Notes: generated from the sequence alone by a model not told the origin. Positions 28,088-38,146 are shown, counted from the stretch's first letter. The stretch is 64,000 nucleotides of DNA from Treponemataceae bacterium (GCA_963677895.2 CAXXGJ010000038.1:256001-320000), one strand, 5' to 3'. Numbers and translations: made by a program.

Positions 28088-29857
28088 TTACTCCAGTCTC
28101 GCGAGGATTTTTTTCGCCTCGGCATCGTATTCGGGTTGGCGTTCAGCCAGCGCTTTCTCGATCGTGGAGAGCGACTGCCCGTAAAGTTCGGAACCTTCCT
28201 TGGAACCGTTGAGATCCAGGAATGCCTGCCGGACTTCGTAGAACCAGGATCTGGCGTCTTCCTTATCCTTCATGCGCAGGGACGCTCCGAGAATGCTCAG
28301 CACGAGGCGGAACATTTTCCTCTGGCGTTCCGGCGTGACGGAGGCGTCCACGGGATCGAAGGAGTTCTGCTGCAGGTATACCGCGTCGAGGAATTCGCCT
28401 TTAAGGTAGACGGTATAATCCTCGAGGCTCGTGCCTTCCTCGCCGACGACCTTCATCATCGCGCCTACTTCGGCGCTGCGTTCTAGATACGTGTGGGCGT
28501 ACCTGACCGTGTCCATGGGCATGATGCCAGGATACTTCGACCAGGAATCGAGGGGGTGAATAGCCGGATACTTGCGGGCATCCGAGCGTTCGCGCGAAAG
28601 GCCATGGAAGGCTCCTACGACTTTCAGCGTCGCCTGGGTCACGGGCTCCTCAAAGTTGCCGCCCGCGGGGGATACGGTTCCGCCGATGGTGACCGAACCG
28701 AAATTGCCGTCGGCGAGGCGGACGATGCCCGCGCGCTCGTAGAACGCCGCGATCACCGATTCCAGGTAGGCCGGGAAAGCTTCCTCGCCGGGGATCTCTT
28801 CCAGGCGGCCCGACATTTCGCGCATGGCCTGCGCCCAGCGGCTCGTCGAGTCGGCGAGGAGGAGGACGTTGAGGCCCATCTGGCGATAGTATTCGGCGAG
28901 CGTGACGGCCGTGTAGACGGAGGCTTCCCTGGACGCCACGGGCATGCTCGATGTGTTGCAGATGATGACGGTGCGCTCCATCAGCGATTTCCCCGTGCGG
29001 GGATCGGTGATTTCCGGGAATTCCTTCAGCGTTTCGACGACTTCGCCCGCGCGCTCGCCGCAGGCGGCGATGATGACGATATCCACGTCGGCGTTGCGGC
29101 TCGTGACCTGCTGGAGGACGGTCTTGCCGGCTCCGAAAGGACCGGGGATGCAGTAAGTGCCGCCCTTGGCGACCGGGAAGAAGGTATCGATGATCCTCGT
29201 CTTCGTCACCATGGGCTGTTCCGGCTTCAGGCGCTCGACATAGCAGTCGATGGCGCGCTTGACCGGCCAGGTGAAGGTCATGCTCAGGTTTTTCCTGTTC
29301 CCGCGGGCATCCTCGACGACGGCGATCGTCTCGTCGATCGCGTACTCGCCTTTCTCCGCTATGCTGACGATTTTCCATTCGCCGAAGAGGTCGAAGGGAA
29401 GCATGATTCTGTGGGTAAAATGGCTTTCGGGGACGGTTCCCAGGGTATCGCCCCTGCGCAGGCTGTCACCCGCCTTGGCTGAAGGGGTGAAGGTCCATTT
29501 CAGGGATCTGGACAGCGCCTTGAGATACACGCCGGATTCGAGGAAGTAGCCCGTCTTCTCGGCGATCTGCGGAAGGGGATTCTGGAGGCCGTCGTAGATC
29601 TGCCCCAGAAGACCGGGTCCCAGCTCTACGGAGAGCATTTCGTTGGAAAACTCGACGCCGTCGCCGATCTTTATGCCCTTCGTCATCTCGTAGACCTGAA
29701 CCTGAGCTTCGCTCTCCCTGATCCTGATGACTTCGCTCTTCAGCTTTTTTCCGTTTGAAAGAATATAGGCCACTTCGTTCATGGCCACATCGCCATCGAA
29801 CCGAACGGAAACCATATTCCCGTTGACCGCTACCACCTGCCCGCTTTTTTGGCTCAT
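28088..29857 (-). CDS. atpA: V/A-type ATPase catalytic subunit A
   Basis: Walker A GPFGAGKT, CGERAGE, ADSTSRWAQAMRE, EEAFPAYL. Confidence 0.97.
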   Translation of the reverse strand: MSQKSGQVVAVNGNMVSVRFDGDVAMNEVAYILSNGKKLKSEVIRIRESEAQVQVYEMTKGIKIGDGVEFSNEMLSVELGPGLLGQIYDGLQNPLPQIAEKTGYFLESGVYLKALSRSLKWTFTPSAKAGDSLRRGDTLGTVPESHFTHRIMLPFDLFGEWKIVSIAEKGEYAIDETIAVVEDARGNRKNLSMTFTWPVKRAIDCYVERLKPEQPMVTKTRIIDTFFPVAKGGTYCIPGPFGAGKTVLQQVTSRNADVDIVIIAACGERAGEVVETLKEFPEITDPRTGKSLMERTVIICNTSSMPVASREASVYTAVTLAEYYRQMGLNVLLLADSTSRWAQAMREMSGRLEEIPGEEAFPAYLESVIAAFYERAGIVRLADGNFGSVTIGGTVSPAGGNFEEPVTQATLKVVGAFHGLSRERSDARKYPAIHPLDSWSKYPGIMPMDTVRYAHTYLERSAEVGAMMKVVGEEGTSLEDYTVYLKGEFLDAVYLQQNSFDPVDASVTPERQRKMFRLVLSILGASLRMKDKEDARSWFYEVRQAFLDLNGSKEGSELYGQSLSTIEKALAERQPEYDAEAKKILARLE

Positions 29858-30438
29858 GCCTTTTCTCCCAGATTGTCTGATTCAGCAGTTCGGGATGCCG
29901 TGCTGAGGATGTCGTCGTAAAGATGACGATATCCGGCGCCCCCTGTTTCGGCGTTCAGCCGTTCAAGCCGCTCGTTTATCGCCAGTTTCATTCTATACGC
30001 GATGATGAAATCGAGGTCGAAGGTCGAAAGCGAAGAGAGTCTTTCTATCGCGTTCCACCTTTCCCTCTCGAGGTTCAGTTCGGCCTGATAAGGATCGTCG
30101 ATCGCGAAACAGGAGGCGGCGACGCGTCCCGCTTCGTCCGAGCGCTTCGAGGGTCTGACGAACTCTTCCTCGCTTCGGTTGAACCGCCTGGCCCTAAGCC
30201 GGGCCAACTCGTTCCGGAAAGTCCTCTCCCAGGCTAAAAAGCTGGCAAGGAAGCCAGATCTCAGCGTTTCGGGGACCTTGTCGCTGTTCAAGTATCCAAT
30301 CGCGGCAACTGTCTCGGCGCAGTCCGCGGAGGATAAATTACGCCTGCACAATGCCAGGAATTCCTCCTCCGACATGGGTGGCGCGGCCCCGAAGAGGAGG
30401 CCTGGAAGCGTCGCCGACAAGTACCAGTAATGGCTCAC
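29854..30438 (-). CDS. DUF2764-type V-ATPase-associated protein (subunit C-like position)
   Basis: YWYLSATLPGL N-terminus and WERTFRNELA; lies between E and A as in spirochaete-type operons; GTG start at 30438. Confidence 0.8.
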   Translation of the reverse strand: MSHYWYLSATLPGLLFGAAPPMSEEEFLALCRRNLSSADCAETVAAIGYLNSDKVPETLRSGFLASFLAWERTFRNELARLRARRFNRSEEEFVRPSKRSDEAGRVAASCFAIDDPYQAELNLERERWNAIERLSSLSTFDLDFIIAYRMKLAINERLERLNAETGGAGYRHLYDDILSTASRTAESDNLGEKA

Positions 30439-31058
30439 GAAAGTCTGTCCTCCGCGAGGGAAGCCTTGACGCATTCGGCGAGCCGCGCGTTCACGCGGGA
30501 AGCCAGAATCTCGGCGACGGATTCGGCAGAAAAATCGTATTGCACGGATGAAGCTTCAACCGCGATCCGGAACCCCGCATCGATTCCATCAAAGGGTTTA
30601 AACTGTACGCCCTTGCCAAGTTCCCTGGAAAGCCTGTTGGCAAGCGCGTTATCCAAGGATTTGAGGGTTTCGGAAGGCAGAAGGATGCTGAGATCGCCTT
30701 CGGTTTCCTTGGCTATGGACTTGAGAAGCTCGGGAAGCAGTCCGGCAATGAAAGCGGCATCCATGACATCCGAACTGGTCGTCAGGATGGCGTTGCGCAT
30801 AAAATCCTGAACCTTCCCCCTCAGGGCGAGGATAGTATCCCTGGAGGCCTGTAACAGCGCCAGCCTGGATGCTTTTTCCATGGCCTCAATCCTGGCTTTT
30901 GCCCCGGTTTCGAGTTCGGAAGCGTTCTTTTCCGCATCGCTCGCGATGGCTAGGGCCTTTTCCTCCGCGTCCGCAATTATCCTCTCGGCTTCGGCGCGGG
31001 CCTCGTCCACTCCCTCGGCTTTGATTCTATCGAGAAGTTCCTGAACTTGTAGTTCCAT
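30435..31058 (-). CDS. atpE: V/A-type ATPase subunit E
   Basis: MELQVQELLDRIKAEGV, coiled coil, IDAGFRI...YDFS; first gene of the operon. Confidence 0.9.
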   Translation of the reverse strand: MELQVQELLDRIKAEGVDEARAEAERIIADAEEKALAIASDAEKNASELETGAKARIEAMEKASRLALLQASRDTILALRGKVQDFMRNAILTTSSDVMDAAFIAGLLPELLKSIAKETEGDLSILLPSETLKSLDNALANRLSRELGKGVQFKPFDGIDAGFRIAVEASSVQYDFSAESVAEILASRVNARLAECVKASLAEDRLS

Positions 31059-31131
31059 ACGACTGCTTTCCTTGTCTCGCGACGATTGTATTGGAATTTG
31101 AAGCTATCCAGCTCACTTTAAGGCATTGTCT

Positions 31132-31160
31132 TTTATATTCTTGAATTCGAGGATCGTCAA
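31132..31160 (-). promoter_or_regulatory. Sigma70-type promoter of the V-ATPase operon
   Basis: TTGACG-17-TATAAA on the minus strand. Confidence 0.7.
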
Positions 31161-31272
31161 TCCATATTTGGGTAATTTGCGGATGTTTCCCTAGGATGGG
31201 CTTGACATATGAGCCTAAAAATTATACATATCCAATGCTGAATTGAGTCCGTCGTTTTGCGACGGACTAATC

Positions 31273-31344
31273 GCGACCGTCGTATAACGGCTATTACCCC
31301 AGCCTTCCAAGCTGGAGACGTGGGTTCGACTCCCATCGGTCGCT
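31273..31344 (+). tRNA. tRNA-Gly (TCC), CCA not encoded
   Basis: GCGACCG...CCAGC-CT-TCC-AA-GCTGG...GTGGGTTCGACTCCCAT-CGGTCGC-T folds as a cloverleaf. Confidence 0.96.
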
Positions 31345-31542
31345 CTATCGTAAAACGAAAAGCCCACGATAGCCGGACGTCTTCGGCGCCGGAGTTTTAG
31401 CGGAAATCATCTCAAAACCTCAATATTCATGGTGTCGACTCCTTCACGCGATCTCGTCCTGTACAAGAACGAAAAAGCAAGCTTAACTACAAGAATGTTT
31501 ATGAGCGCCTCCAGGTGAGAATTCCCGGAAAGAGGTTTTTTC

Positions 31543-32124
31543 ATGAGCACCGAGTTGGTATCGTATTTATCGCGTTATATCACCATATCAGAAGAACTTG
31601 CGAATATTTTTCAAAAAAGTTCCTTCGTGCAAAAATTCCCCAAGGGGACAGTCCTGTTGCGCGAAGGGGACATGGCGCGAAAGAGCTATTTCATCCTGAA
31701 AGGTTGCATCCGCAACTATGCGCTGAAGAATGGCGAAGACAAGACCATCGATTTCTTCATCGAGGAAGAAGCGATAATCCCGACGGGCTATGGAAAGAAT
31801 GTTCTCTCCGAACATTTTCTCGAGTGCCTCGAAGATACCGTAGCGGTAGTAGGCACGCCCGATGAGGAAGAGAGAATGCTCGCCGAATTTCCCGAGCTGA
31901 AGTCGGCGTGCCTGGCCATGTCGGAGATAATGGCGGCGAAGCTTCAGGAGAGCCTTGCGCGCTATAGGACCTCGACGCCCGAGGAGCGCTATAGGGATTT
32001 GGTGGTAAAGCGGCCGGATTTGCTCCAGAGGATCCCCCAATATCAGATAGCCAGTTATCTTGGCATAAAGCCCGAATCCTTGAGCAGGATACGCAAGAGG
32101 CTTTCCCTCCCGACGAAGGAATAA
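31543..32124 (+). CDS. Crp/Fnr family transcriptional regulator
   Basis: cNMP-binding-like domain LLREG...YFILKGCIR; helix-turn-helix IPQYQIASYLGIKPESLSRIRK. Confidence 0.92.
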   Translation: MSTELVSYLSRYITISEELANIFQKSSFVQKFPKGTVLLREGDMARKSYFILKGCIRNYALKNGEDKTIDFFIEEEAIIPTGYGKNVLSEHFLECLEDTVAVVGTPDEEERMLAEFPELKSACLAMSEIMAAKLQESLARYRTSTPEERYRDLVVKRPDLLQRIPQYQIASYLGIKPESLSRIRKRLSLPTKE

Positions 32125-32141
32125 AACATTTCCGATCGATC

Positions 32142-32155
32142 TTAACCCAGATCAA
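32142..32155 (+). promoter_or_regulatory. FNR/Crp-like operator
   Basis: TTAAC-CCAG-ATCAA matches TTGAT-N4-ATCAA at 8/10; TATTCT at 32178 gives class II promoter geometry. Confidence 0.55.
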
Positions 32156-32262
32156 TGACATCCATGACGATTTTGCCTATTCTTCCCCTGTCTTTCATGG
32201 AGGAAGAGTATCCGCGCGGCATTCGGGAAGATAATCGTTTAATTCTTTTAAAAGGGGCTTTT

Positions 32263-32694
32263 ATGGCAAGGAAATTCTCTCTCGCGGAACAAAAAGTAAA
32301 TACTAAGCTCATCATAATGTCTGCATGGATCGCTCTGATGTGTCTCTACATTTATTGCGACATCTTTTCGCTGTTTCGGCCCGGAACCATCGACAGCATT
32401 ACAAGCGGTAAGATGGGATTTCTTGATGTTTCGCAAATGAGTCTTTTTTCCGCGTCACTTCTGATGGTTATCCCAAGCATCATGATTCTCGTCTCGACGC
32501 TCGCGACCGCGAGAGTATGCCGCATCATAAACATGGTCACCAGCGCGATCTACTTCCTGGTGAATATCGGTAATCTGGTCGGCGAGACCTGGGCATACTA
32601 TTTTCTGTTCGGACTGCTTGAAATCGGAGTGGTCATTCTCATCTTCTTCATTTCGCTTCGCTGGCCTAAGGAGGGCGATGCGATCGTTGGTTGA
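32263..32694 (+). CDS. Four-TM membrane protein (DUF6326-like)
   Basis: SAWIALMCLYIYCDIFSLFRPG...IPSIMI...GETWAYY; AAGGGG before ATG 32263. Confidence 0.7.
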   Translation: MARKFSLAEQKVNTKLIIMSAWIALMCLYIYCDIFSLFRPGTIDSITSGKMGFLDVSQMSLFSASLLMVIPSIMILVSTLATARVCRIINMVTSAIYFLVNIGNLVGETWAYYFLFGLLEIGVVILIFFISLRWPKEGDAIVG

Positions 32695-32775
32695 AACCGC
32701 TCTCCCTAAGCCACATATGTTCGATACCGCACAGACCGTTCCCGCTGTCCTATTTACTATTGTGGTGGGATAACG

Positions 32776-34254
32776 ATGATGAAAACAAACGAGCATAGAG
32801 ATCGTGGCTTTCTCGACGAGATCGCGCACAGGGTAATGATTGAGCGGGGACTTGTTCCCGATTTTCCAGGAGCGGCGCTCGCCGAACTTGAGAAAATCAA
32901 GGGACCGGCGATCGAATCAGGCGCGACGGCATTGAGCGATGCGCGGAATCTTCTCTGGTGCTCGCTCGACAACGACGATTCGCGCGATCTCGACCAGCTG
33001 ACCGCCGCGGAATCATCGGACAATGGCGAGGTCAGGATACTGGTGGCTATCGCCGATGTGGACGCCATCGTCAAAAAACAATCAGCCATCGATCTTCATG
33101 CGCAGCAAAACACGACATCCGTCTATACGGCTTCCGAAGTCTTTTCCATGCTTCCCGAAAAACTTTCCACGGACATCACTTCCCTCAATTTTGACGCCGA
33201 CCGCCTCGCGCTAGTGATAGAAATGACGCTCGACCCCAACGGCGCCATACAACGCTCTTCCCTTTATCGGGCGAAGGTACGCAACCGGGCTCGACTCTCC
33301 TACAACAGCGTTGCGGCCTGGCTCGACGACAGCGGCCCAATTCCGAAGGAAATCAGCGCCGTCGTCGGCATGGAGGAGAGCCTTCGCCTGCAGGATTCCA
33401 TGGCGCAGAAGATGAAAAAACTGCGACACGAGCAAGGCGCGCTCGTGTTGGAAACGATAGAGGCAAAGCCCGTTTTTCTGGGCGATACCCTTGTCAACCT
33501 GGAGCCGGAAACGCGCAACCGGGCAAAAGAAATCATAGAGGAAATCATGATAGCCACGAACGGCATAACCGTTCGTTTTCTTGCCTCCAAACATTTCCCC
33601 GCGATGCGCAGGGTCGTCCGGACGCCCAAGCGATGGGATCGAATAATGGCGATCGCCTCGGAACGCGGCACGACCTTGCCCCTCAAACCCGATCCGAAAG
33701 CGCTGGAAAATTTTCTGGCGGCATCGAAAAAGACCGACCCTCTTCATTTCCCCGACTTGTCCCTCAGTATCATCAAGCTTCTCGGCAGAGGCGAATATGT
33801 CGTCCAGACGCCAGGAAACCCTAGCGAAGGACATTTCGGCCTCGCCGTGGGGGATTACGCGCATTCCACGGCGCCGAACCGCCGCTATCCGGACCTTATC
33901 ACCCAAAGGCTGCTGAAGGCCGCCATCGAAGGACTTCCCGTCCCCTACTCTATCGAGGAACTCGAGATTCTCGCTCGGCACTGTACCGAAGCCGAGGATG
34001 CGGCTCAGAAAGTCGAGCGGCAGCTCATCAAGTCCGCGGCGGCGATCCTCCTTGAGAAAAGGATCGGCGATCGGTTCGATGCCACTGTCACCGGCGCGTC
34101 CGAGAAGGGCACGTGGGTGCGCATCACCGAGCCTCCTCTCGAAGGAAGGCTCGAACGAGGGTATGAGGGGCTGGACGTGGGGCAAACCCTGCGGGTCCAA
34201 CTGGTCGGCGCCGATGCGGAGCGCGGTTTCATAAACTTCAAACGCGTACAGTGA
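32776..34254 (+). CDS. RNB-domain (RNase II/R family) protein, short form with C-terminal S1-like domain
   Basis: [43 protein letters not shown]...[12 protein letters not shown]. Confidence 0.88.
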   Translation: MMKTNEHRDRGFLDEIAHRVMIERGLVPDFPGAALAELEKIKGPAIESGATALSDARNLLWCSLDNDDSRDLDQLTAAESSDNGEVRILVAIADVDAIVKKQSAIDLHAQQNTTSVYTASEVFSMLPEKLSTDITSLNFDADRLALVIEMTLDPNGAIQRSSLYRAKVRNRARLSYNSVAAWLDDSGPIPKEISAVVGMEESLRLQDSMAQKMKKLRHEQGALVLETIEAKPVFLGDTLVNLEPETRNRAKEIIEEIMIATNGITVRFLASKHFPAMRRVVRTPKRWDRIMAIASERGTTLPLKPDPKALENFLAASKKTDPLHFPDLSLSIIKLLGRGEYVVQTPGNPSEGHFGLAVGDYAHSTAPNRRYPDLITQRLLKAAIEGLPVPYSIEELEILARHCTEAEDAAQKVERQLIKSAAAILLEKRIGDRFDATVTGASEKGTWVRITEPPLEGRLERGYEGLDVGQTLRVQLVGADAERGFINFKRVQ

Positions 34255-34273
34255 TTTTTCAAAGGAGTCCATC

Positions 34274-35098
34274 TTGAGCATTATCGCTATGAAAGACGGC
34301 ACGAAAATTTATTATAAGGATTGGGGCAGCGGGCAACCCGTGGTTTTCTGTCACGGCTGGCCCCTCAATTCCGACAGCTGGGAAGCGCAGATGGTATTCC
34401 TCGCTTCCAATGGATTCCGCTGCGTCGCGCACGATCGAAGAGGGCATGGCCGCTCGGAACAAAGCTGGATTGGCAATGACATGGATACCTATGCCGACGA
34501 TCTTTCGACGCTCATCGAAACGCTCGATCTGAAAGACTTGGTCCTGGTCGGGTTCTCAGCTGGCGGCGGCGAAGCCGTCCGCTATATCGGCCGCCATGGC
34601 ACGAAGCGAGTGTCCAGGCTCGCGCTGATAGCCGCCGTCCCTCCCCTGATGCTTAAAACGCCAAGCAATCCGAAAGGTCTGCCGATCGAGGCGTTCGACG
34701 CGATTCGCGCCAACTCCATCGCCGACCGTTCCCAATGCTACCGCGACATCGCCTCAGGTCCCTTTTTTGGCGCGAATCGCGCCGGATCGAAGGTGTCCCA
34801 GGGAATGATAGATTCGTTCTGGCTTCAAGGTATGCAGGCAGGCCACAAGAATACGCTGGACTGCATCGCGGCTTTCTCCGAAACCGATTTCACCGAAGAC
34901 CTGAAGAAAATCGATGTGCCGACGCTGATCATTCACGGGGACGATGATCAGATAGTCCCGATCGGGGCTTCCGCCCTTCGCTCCACCGCGCTTATCAAGA
35001 ACGCCACGTTGAAAATCTACCCCGGCGCGCCGCACGGACTTTCCTATACGCACCAGGCAAAGCTCAACGCCGACCTTCTGGCTTTTCTCAAAAAATGA
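34274..35098 (+). CDS. cpo: Non-haem chloroperoxidase/perhydrolase (alpha/beta hydrolase)
   Basis: [28 protein letters not shown] (Ser), HGDDDQIVP (Asp), GAPHG (His); TTG start after AAGGAG. Confidence 0.9.
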   Translation: MSIIAMKDGTKIYYKDWGSGQPVVFCHGWPLNSDSWEAQMVFLASNGFRCVAHDRRGHGRSEQSWIGNDMDTYADDLSTLIETLDLKDLVLVGFSAGGGEAVRYIGRHGTKRVSRLALIAAVPPLMLKTPSNPKGLPIEAFDAIRANSIADRSQCYRDIASGPFFGANRAGSKVSQGMIDSFWLQGMQAGHKNTLDCIAAFSETDFTEDLKKIDVPTLIIHGDDDQIVPIGASALRSTALIKNATLKIYPGAPHGLSYTHQAKLNADLLAFLKK

Positions 35099-35114
35099 AA
35101 AAGGAGTAAAAAGA

Positions 35115-35750
35115 ATGGATACTGACAAGACCCAAAAAGCGACCGTCATCGTTCTTCCGCCTCTGCCTTATTCGGATAGCGCGCTCTCCCCGGTAATTTC
35201 CGCGGAGACAATCGGCTTTCACTATGGCAAGCACCACAAAGCCTATGTCGACAACCTGAACAAGTTCATCGCTGGAACGGAACTTTCGGCGTTGACGCTC
35301 GAGGAAATCATCCTTCGGACAGCCGGGAAGACCGATAAAGCGGCGATCTTCAACAACGCGGCCCAGGCATGGAACCACGCATTCTATTGGCGCAGTCTCG
35401 CTCCCCTCTCCGGCGCCGAGCCTTCCGCCGCGTTGAAGAAGAAAATCGACGCCTCGTTCGGTTCCCTGGACGCCTGCAAAAAAGAGTTGCTGGCCGCGGC
35501 TACCGGTCAGTTCGGCAGCGGCTGGGCTTGGCTCGTTTTAGACGGCGGCACGTTGAAGGTAGTGAAGACGGGCAATGCCGAGACGCCGATGACGTCGGGG
35601 TTGAAGCCGCTGCTGACCATCGACGTTTGGGAACACGCGTACTATCTGGATTACCAGAATAGGCGCGCGGACTATGTCGGCCTGGTTCTGGAAAAACTTA
35701 TGAACTGGGAATTCGCCGAATCCAATCTGTCATCCAATCTATCGAACTGA
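35115..35750 (+). CDS. sodB: Iron superoxide dismutase
   Basis: HYGKHH, Fe-type [29 protein letters not shown]. Confidence 0.95.
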   Translation: MDTDKTQKATVIVLPPLPYSDSALSPVISAETIGFHYGKHHKAYVDNLNKFIAGTELSALTLEEIILRTAGKTDKAAIFNNAAQAWNHAFYWRSLAPLSGAEPSAALKKKIDASFGSLDACKKELLAAATGQFGSGWAWLVLDGGTLKVVKTGNAETPMTSGLKPLLTIDVWEHAYYLDYQNRRADYVGLVLEKLMNWEFAESNLSSNLSN

Positions 35751-35774
35751 TCATGAGATTATAGGAGAACGCAT

Positions 35775-36239
35775 ATGAAAGGAAATGAAAAGGTAATCGA
35801 GAAAATGAATGCGCTGCTCAGCGATGAGCTGGCCGCGTCGAACCAGTACATTCTCCACGCCGAGATTTGCGCGAACTGGAAGTATAGGAAACTGCATGAT
35901 TCCATGCAGAAGCGCGCGATCGATGAGATGAAACACGCGGAAAAACTCATCGAACGCATCCTCTTCCTCGAAGGGCGACCTGTCGTCAGCAAACTCGGCG
36001 CGATCAACATAGGCATCGATGTCGAGGAGATATTCAAGAAAGACTGGGCCGCGGAAAAGAAAGCCATCGACGATTACAACGGAGCTATAAAGACGGCTCA
36101 GGATCTCGGCGACAACGGAACGAAGGAACTTCTTGACTCCATACTGGGTGACGAAGAATCGCATATCGACGTGATCGAGGCGCAACGCGACCAGATCGCC
36201 CAGATGGGCATAGCCACCTATCTCAGCCAGCAGATTTAA
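35775..36239 (+). CDS. bfr: Bacterioferritin
   Basis: EL.A.NQY..H, DEMKHA (haem-ligand Met), ERILFLEG, DEESHID. Confidence 0.95.
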   Translation: MKGNEKVIEKMNALLSDELAASNQYILHAEICANWKYRKLHDSMQKRAIDEMKHAEKLIERILFLEGRPVVSKLGAINIGIDVEEIFKKDWAAEKKAIDDYNGAIKTAQDLGDNGTKELLDSILGDEESHIDVIEAQRDQIAQMGIATYLSQQI

Positions 36240-36250
36240 GGAGCCGATCC

Positions 36251-36856
36251 ATGAAAATCGCGATTGTCTTTTATTCGATGTACGGCCATATGTATCAGAT
36301 GTCGAAGGCTGCCGAGGAAGGCGCGAAAAGCGCGGGAGCGGAAGTGAAGCTCCTGCGCATCGCCGAGACGCTGTCGCCCGACATACTCTCCATCACGCAC
36401 TCGATCGAGGCTCAAAAAGCCTTCGCGGGTGTGGCTCTCGTCGCGCCGGAAGACCTCGAATGGGCTGACGGCATCATTTTCGGCGTGCCCACCCGATACG
36501 GGAATATGCCGAGCCAGGTGGCCGCTTTCTTCGATTCCACCGGACCGGTATGGGGACGCGGGGGTCTCGTGGGCAAAGTGGGATCCGTTATGAGTTCGAG
36601 CGCTACCCAGCACGGCGGCGCCGTCACGACGATTCATCACGTGCATAGCACGCTCCTCGCCCACGGCATGGTCGTCGCCGGCCTGCCCTACGCGAAATAT
36701 CCGCCCCTTTTCGACACCACGGAAGTCAATGGCGGTTCGGTTTTCGGCGCGACGACCATAGCCGGCGGCGACGGCGCCAGGATGCCGAGCGAACACGAGC
36801 TCGGAGCCGCGAAGGCGCAGGGCGCGTGGATCGCCGAGCTGGCTGGCCGCATTTAG
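36251..36856 (+). CDS. wrbA: NAD(P)H:quinone oxidoreductase WrbA
   Basis: YSMYGH, ADGIIFGVPTRYGNM, ATQHGG, GGSVFGA. Confidence 0.93.
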   Translation: MKIAIVFYSMYGHMYQMSKAAEEGAKSAGAEVKLLRIAETLSPDILSITHSIEAQKAFAGVALVAPEDLEWADGIIFGVPTRYGNMPSQVAAFFDSTGPVWGRGGLVGKVGSVMSSSATQHGGAVTTIHHVHSTLLAHGMVVAGLPYAKYPPLFDTTEVNGGSVFGATTIAGGDGARMPSEHELGAAKAQGAWIAELAGRI

Positions 36857-37980
36857 AGATATTGGCCGAGTCGGCCAGCTGAAAGCTCTTCGTAGGCCGG
36901 CAGCCCCTCCACGACGAGAGGTTTTTCAGGATTCTGGTTCGTAAAGGTGCCAAAGACGGCCGCTACCGACGCCACATGCCTGCCCACTCTCGTCGAGAGC
37001 GGCCAACCCTTCTCGTCGAAAGGCACGAAGAGTCGCCCGAGCTTCTGCGCGCGAACGTACATCTCGTCCTTGCCTTCCAGTATGAGGGCTTCGTCGGTCT
37101 TGCCCCGAAGCCTGCCCTGCGATGGATTGGTATCCTCCAGCAAGATGGCCAGCGTATTGGTGGCGTCGCCCAGTTCACGGTGAGAAAGGCCACGAAGGCT
37201 TTTCGGCGACGGTTCGAGGCCCATCGTTATGTCCTGGAACTCGAGATCGAGCAAGACTTCCGAGGCCAGGGGCATCGCTCGTTCGTGGGCCACTATCGCG
37301 TTGATCACAGGGTACTCCGGCGACGCCTCATGGAGATCTATGGTTATGTCGATGGCTTCCTTCTCGATGAGGCTCGTGATCGCGTAGGCGACCTTTTCGG
37401 TGAAGGTGCCGTTGGGCCTGCCGGGATAGGCCCGATTCAGGTTCCTCGTCTCCGAGCCCGAAAGCTGCTGGCCAGAGGCCGCGTGGATGTAGATGTCCGG
37501 GTCGGGCCACTGGTCTATGGGGTTCGTGGCCCTCGATCCGAAGCGGAAACTGCGTTTTCCGGAAGCGGCCTCTATCGTGATGCTGTGCGGCGTGCCTTCC
37601 ATAGGATCGGCGTGCGTGAGTCCCGAGGCGTTCGCTTGGGGTATGACGAAGAGGCGCCCCTCCGCGGGGACGGCGTTCTCGACGAGAACGATGGCGGCCA
37701 TGAAGCCCGCCGGTTCGTTCCCATGGGTCCCGCCGAGCACCAGGGCGCTGCCGCCGGGTTTTCCGGAATCGAGAATATAGACATCGGTATCGCCCACCGT
37801 GCCCTTTATTCCCGCGAAATATTCCGAGAGATGCGCGATTCGGGTCACGCCGGGCCCTTTCCGTATGACGTCGGGTTCGCGCATCGCGAGATAGCTCGGT
37901 GACGCGATTCCTATGACCGCGGCGGCGCAGGCCAGGAGGAAGATTGAGACGTAGGTGTTTTGTTTTTTGTTGAGTTCCAT
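36853..37980 (-). CDS. Succinylglutamate desuccinylase/aspartoacylase (M14-like zinc deacylase) family protein, membrane-anchored or exported
   Basis: GGTHGNE, RNLNR.YPG, DLHE; hydrophobic N-terminal segment. Confidence 0.85.
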   Translation of the reverse strand: MELNKKQNTYVSIFLLACAAAVIGIASPSYLAMREPDVIRKGPGVTRIAHLSEYFAGIKGTVGDTDVYILDSGKPGGSALVLGGTHGNEPAGFMAAIVLVENAVPAEGRLFVIPQANASGLTHADPMEGTPHSITIEAASGKRSFRFGSRATNPIDQWPDPDIYIHAASGQQLSGSETRNLNRAYPGRPNGTFTEKVAYAITSLIEKEAIDITIDLHEASPEYPVINAIVAHERAMPLASEVLLDLEFQDITMGLEPSPKSLRGLSHRELGDATNTLAILLEDTNPSQGRLRGKTDEALILEGKDEMYVRAQKLGRLFVPFDEKGWPLSTRVGRHVASVAAVFGTFTNQNPEKPLVVEGLPAYEELSAGRLGQYL

Positions 37981-37999
37981 TTTGTGTTTCCTCCTCGCT

Positions 38000-38146
38000 T
38001 TAGACTATCATCAAGGCGCGCAGCACGAGCGGGATGATGACGATGGCCGCGTTCATCTTCAGCTTGAGATCCTTCTGGGAAAAAAGTTCGACCACGACGA
38101 AGCCAGCCGCGGCCACGGTGATGATGCGATAACATATGGTAAGCAT
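38000..38146 (-). CDS. 48-aa two-helix membrane microprotein
   Basis: Manual translation MLTICYRIITVAAAGFVVVELFSQKDLKLKMNAAIVIIPLVLRALMIV*. Starts 3 nt after the permease stop with GGGAG upstream and fills the intergenic gap. Confidence 0.75.
   Translation of the reverse strand: MLTICYRIITVAAAGFVVVELFSQKDLKLKMNAAIVIIPLVLRALMIV

Noticed and set aside
31246..31268. Hairpin AGTCCGTCG-TTTTG-CGACGGACT just upstream of tRNA-Gly as a separate ncRNA
   Set aside because: Too short and featureless; most simply part of the pre-tRNA leader.
31425..31456. TGGTGTCGACTCCTTCACGCGATCT as a degenerate copy of the tRNA-Gly 3' end (att site)
   Set aside because: Only a short TCGACTCC core matches; no integrase and no convincing attR were seen in the window.
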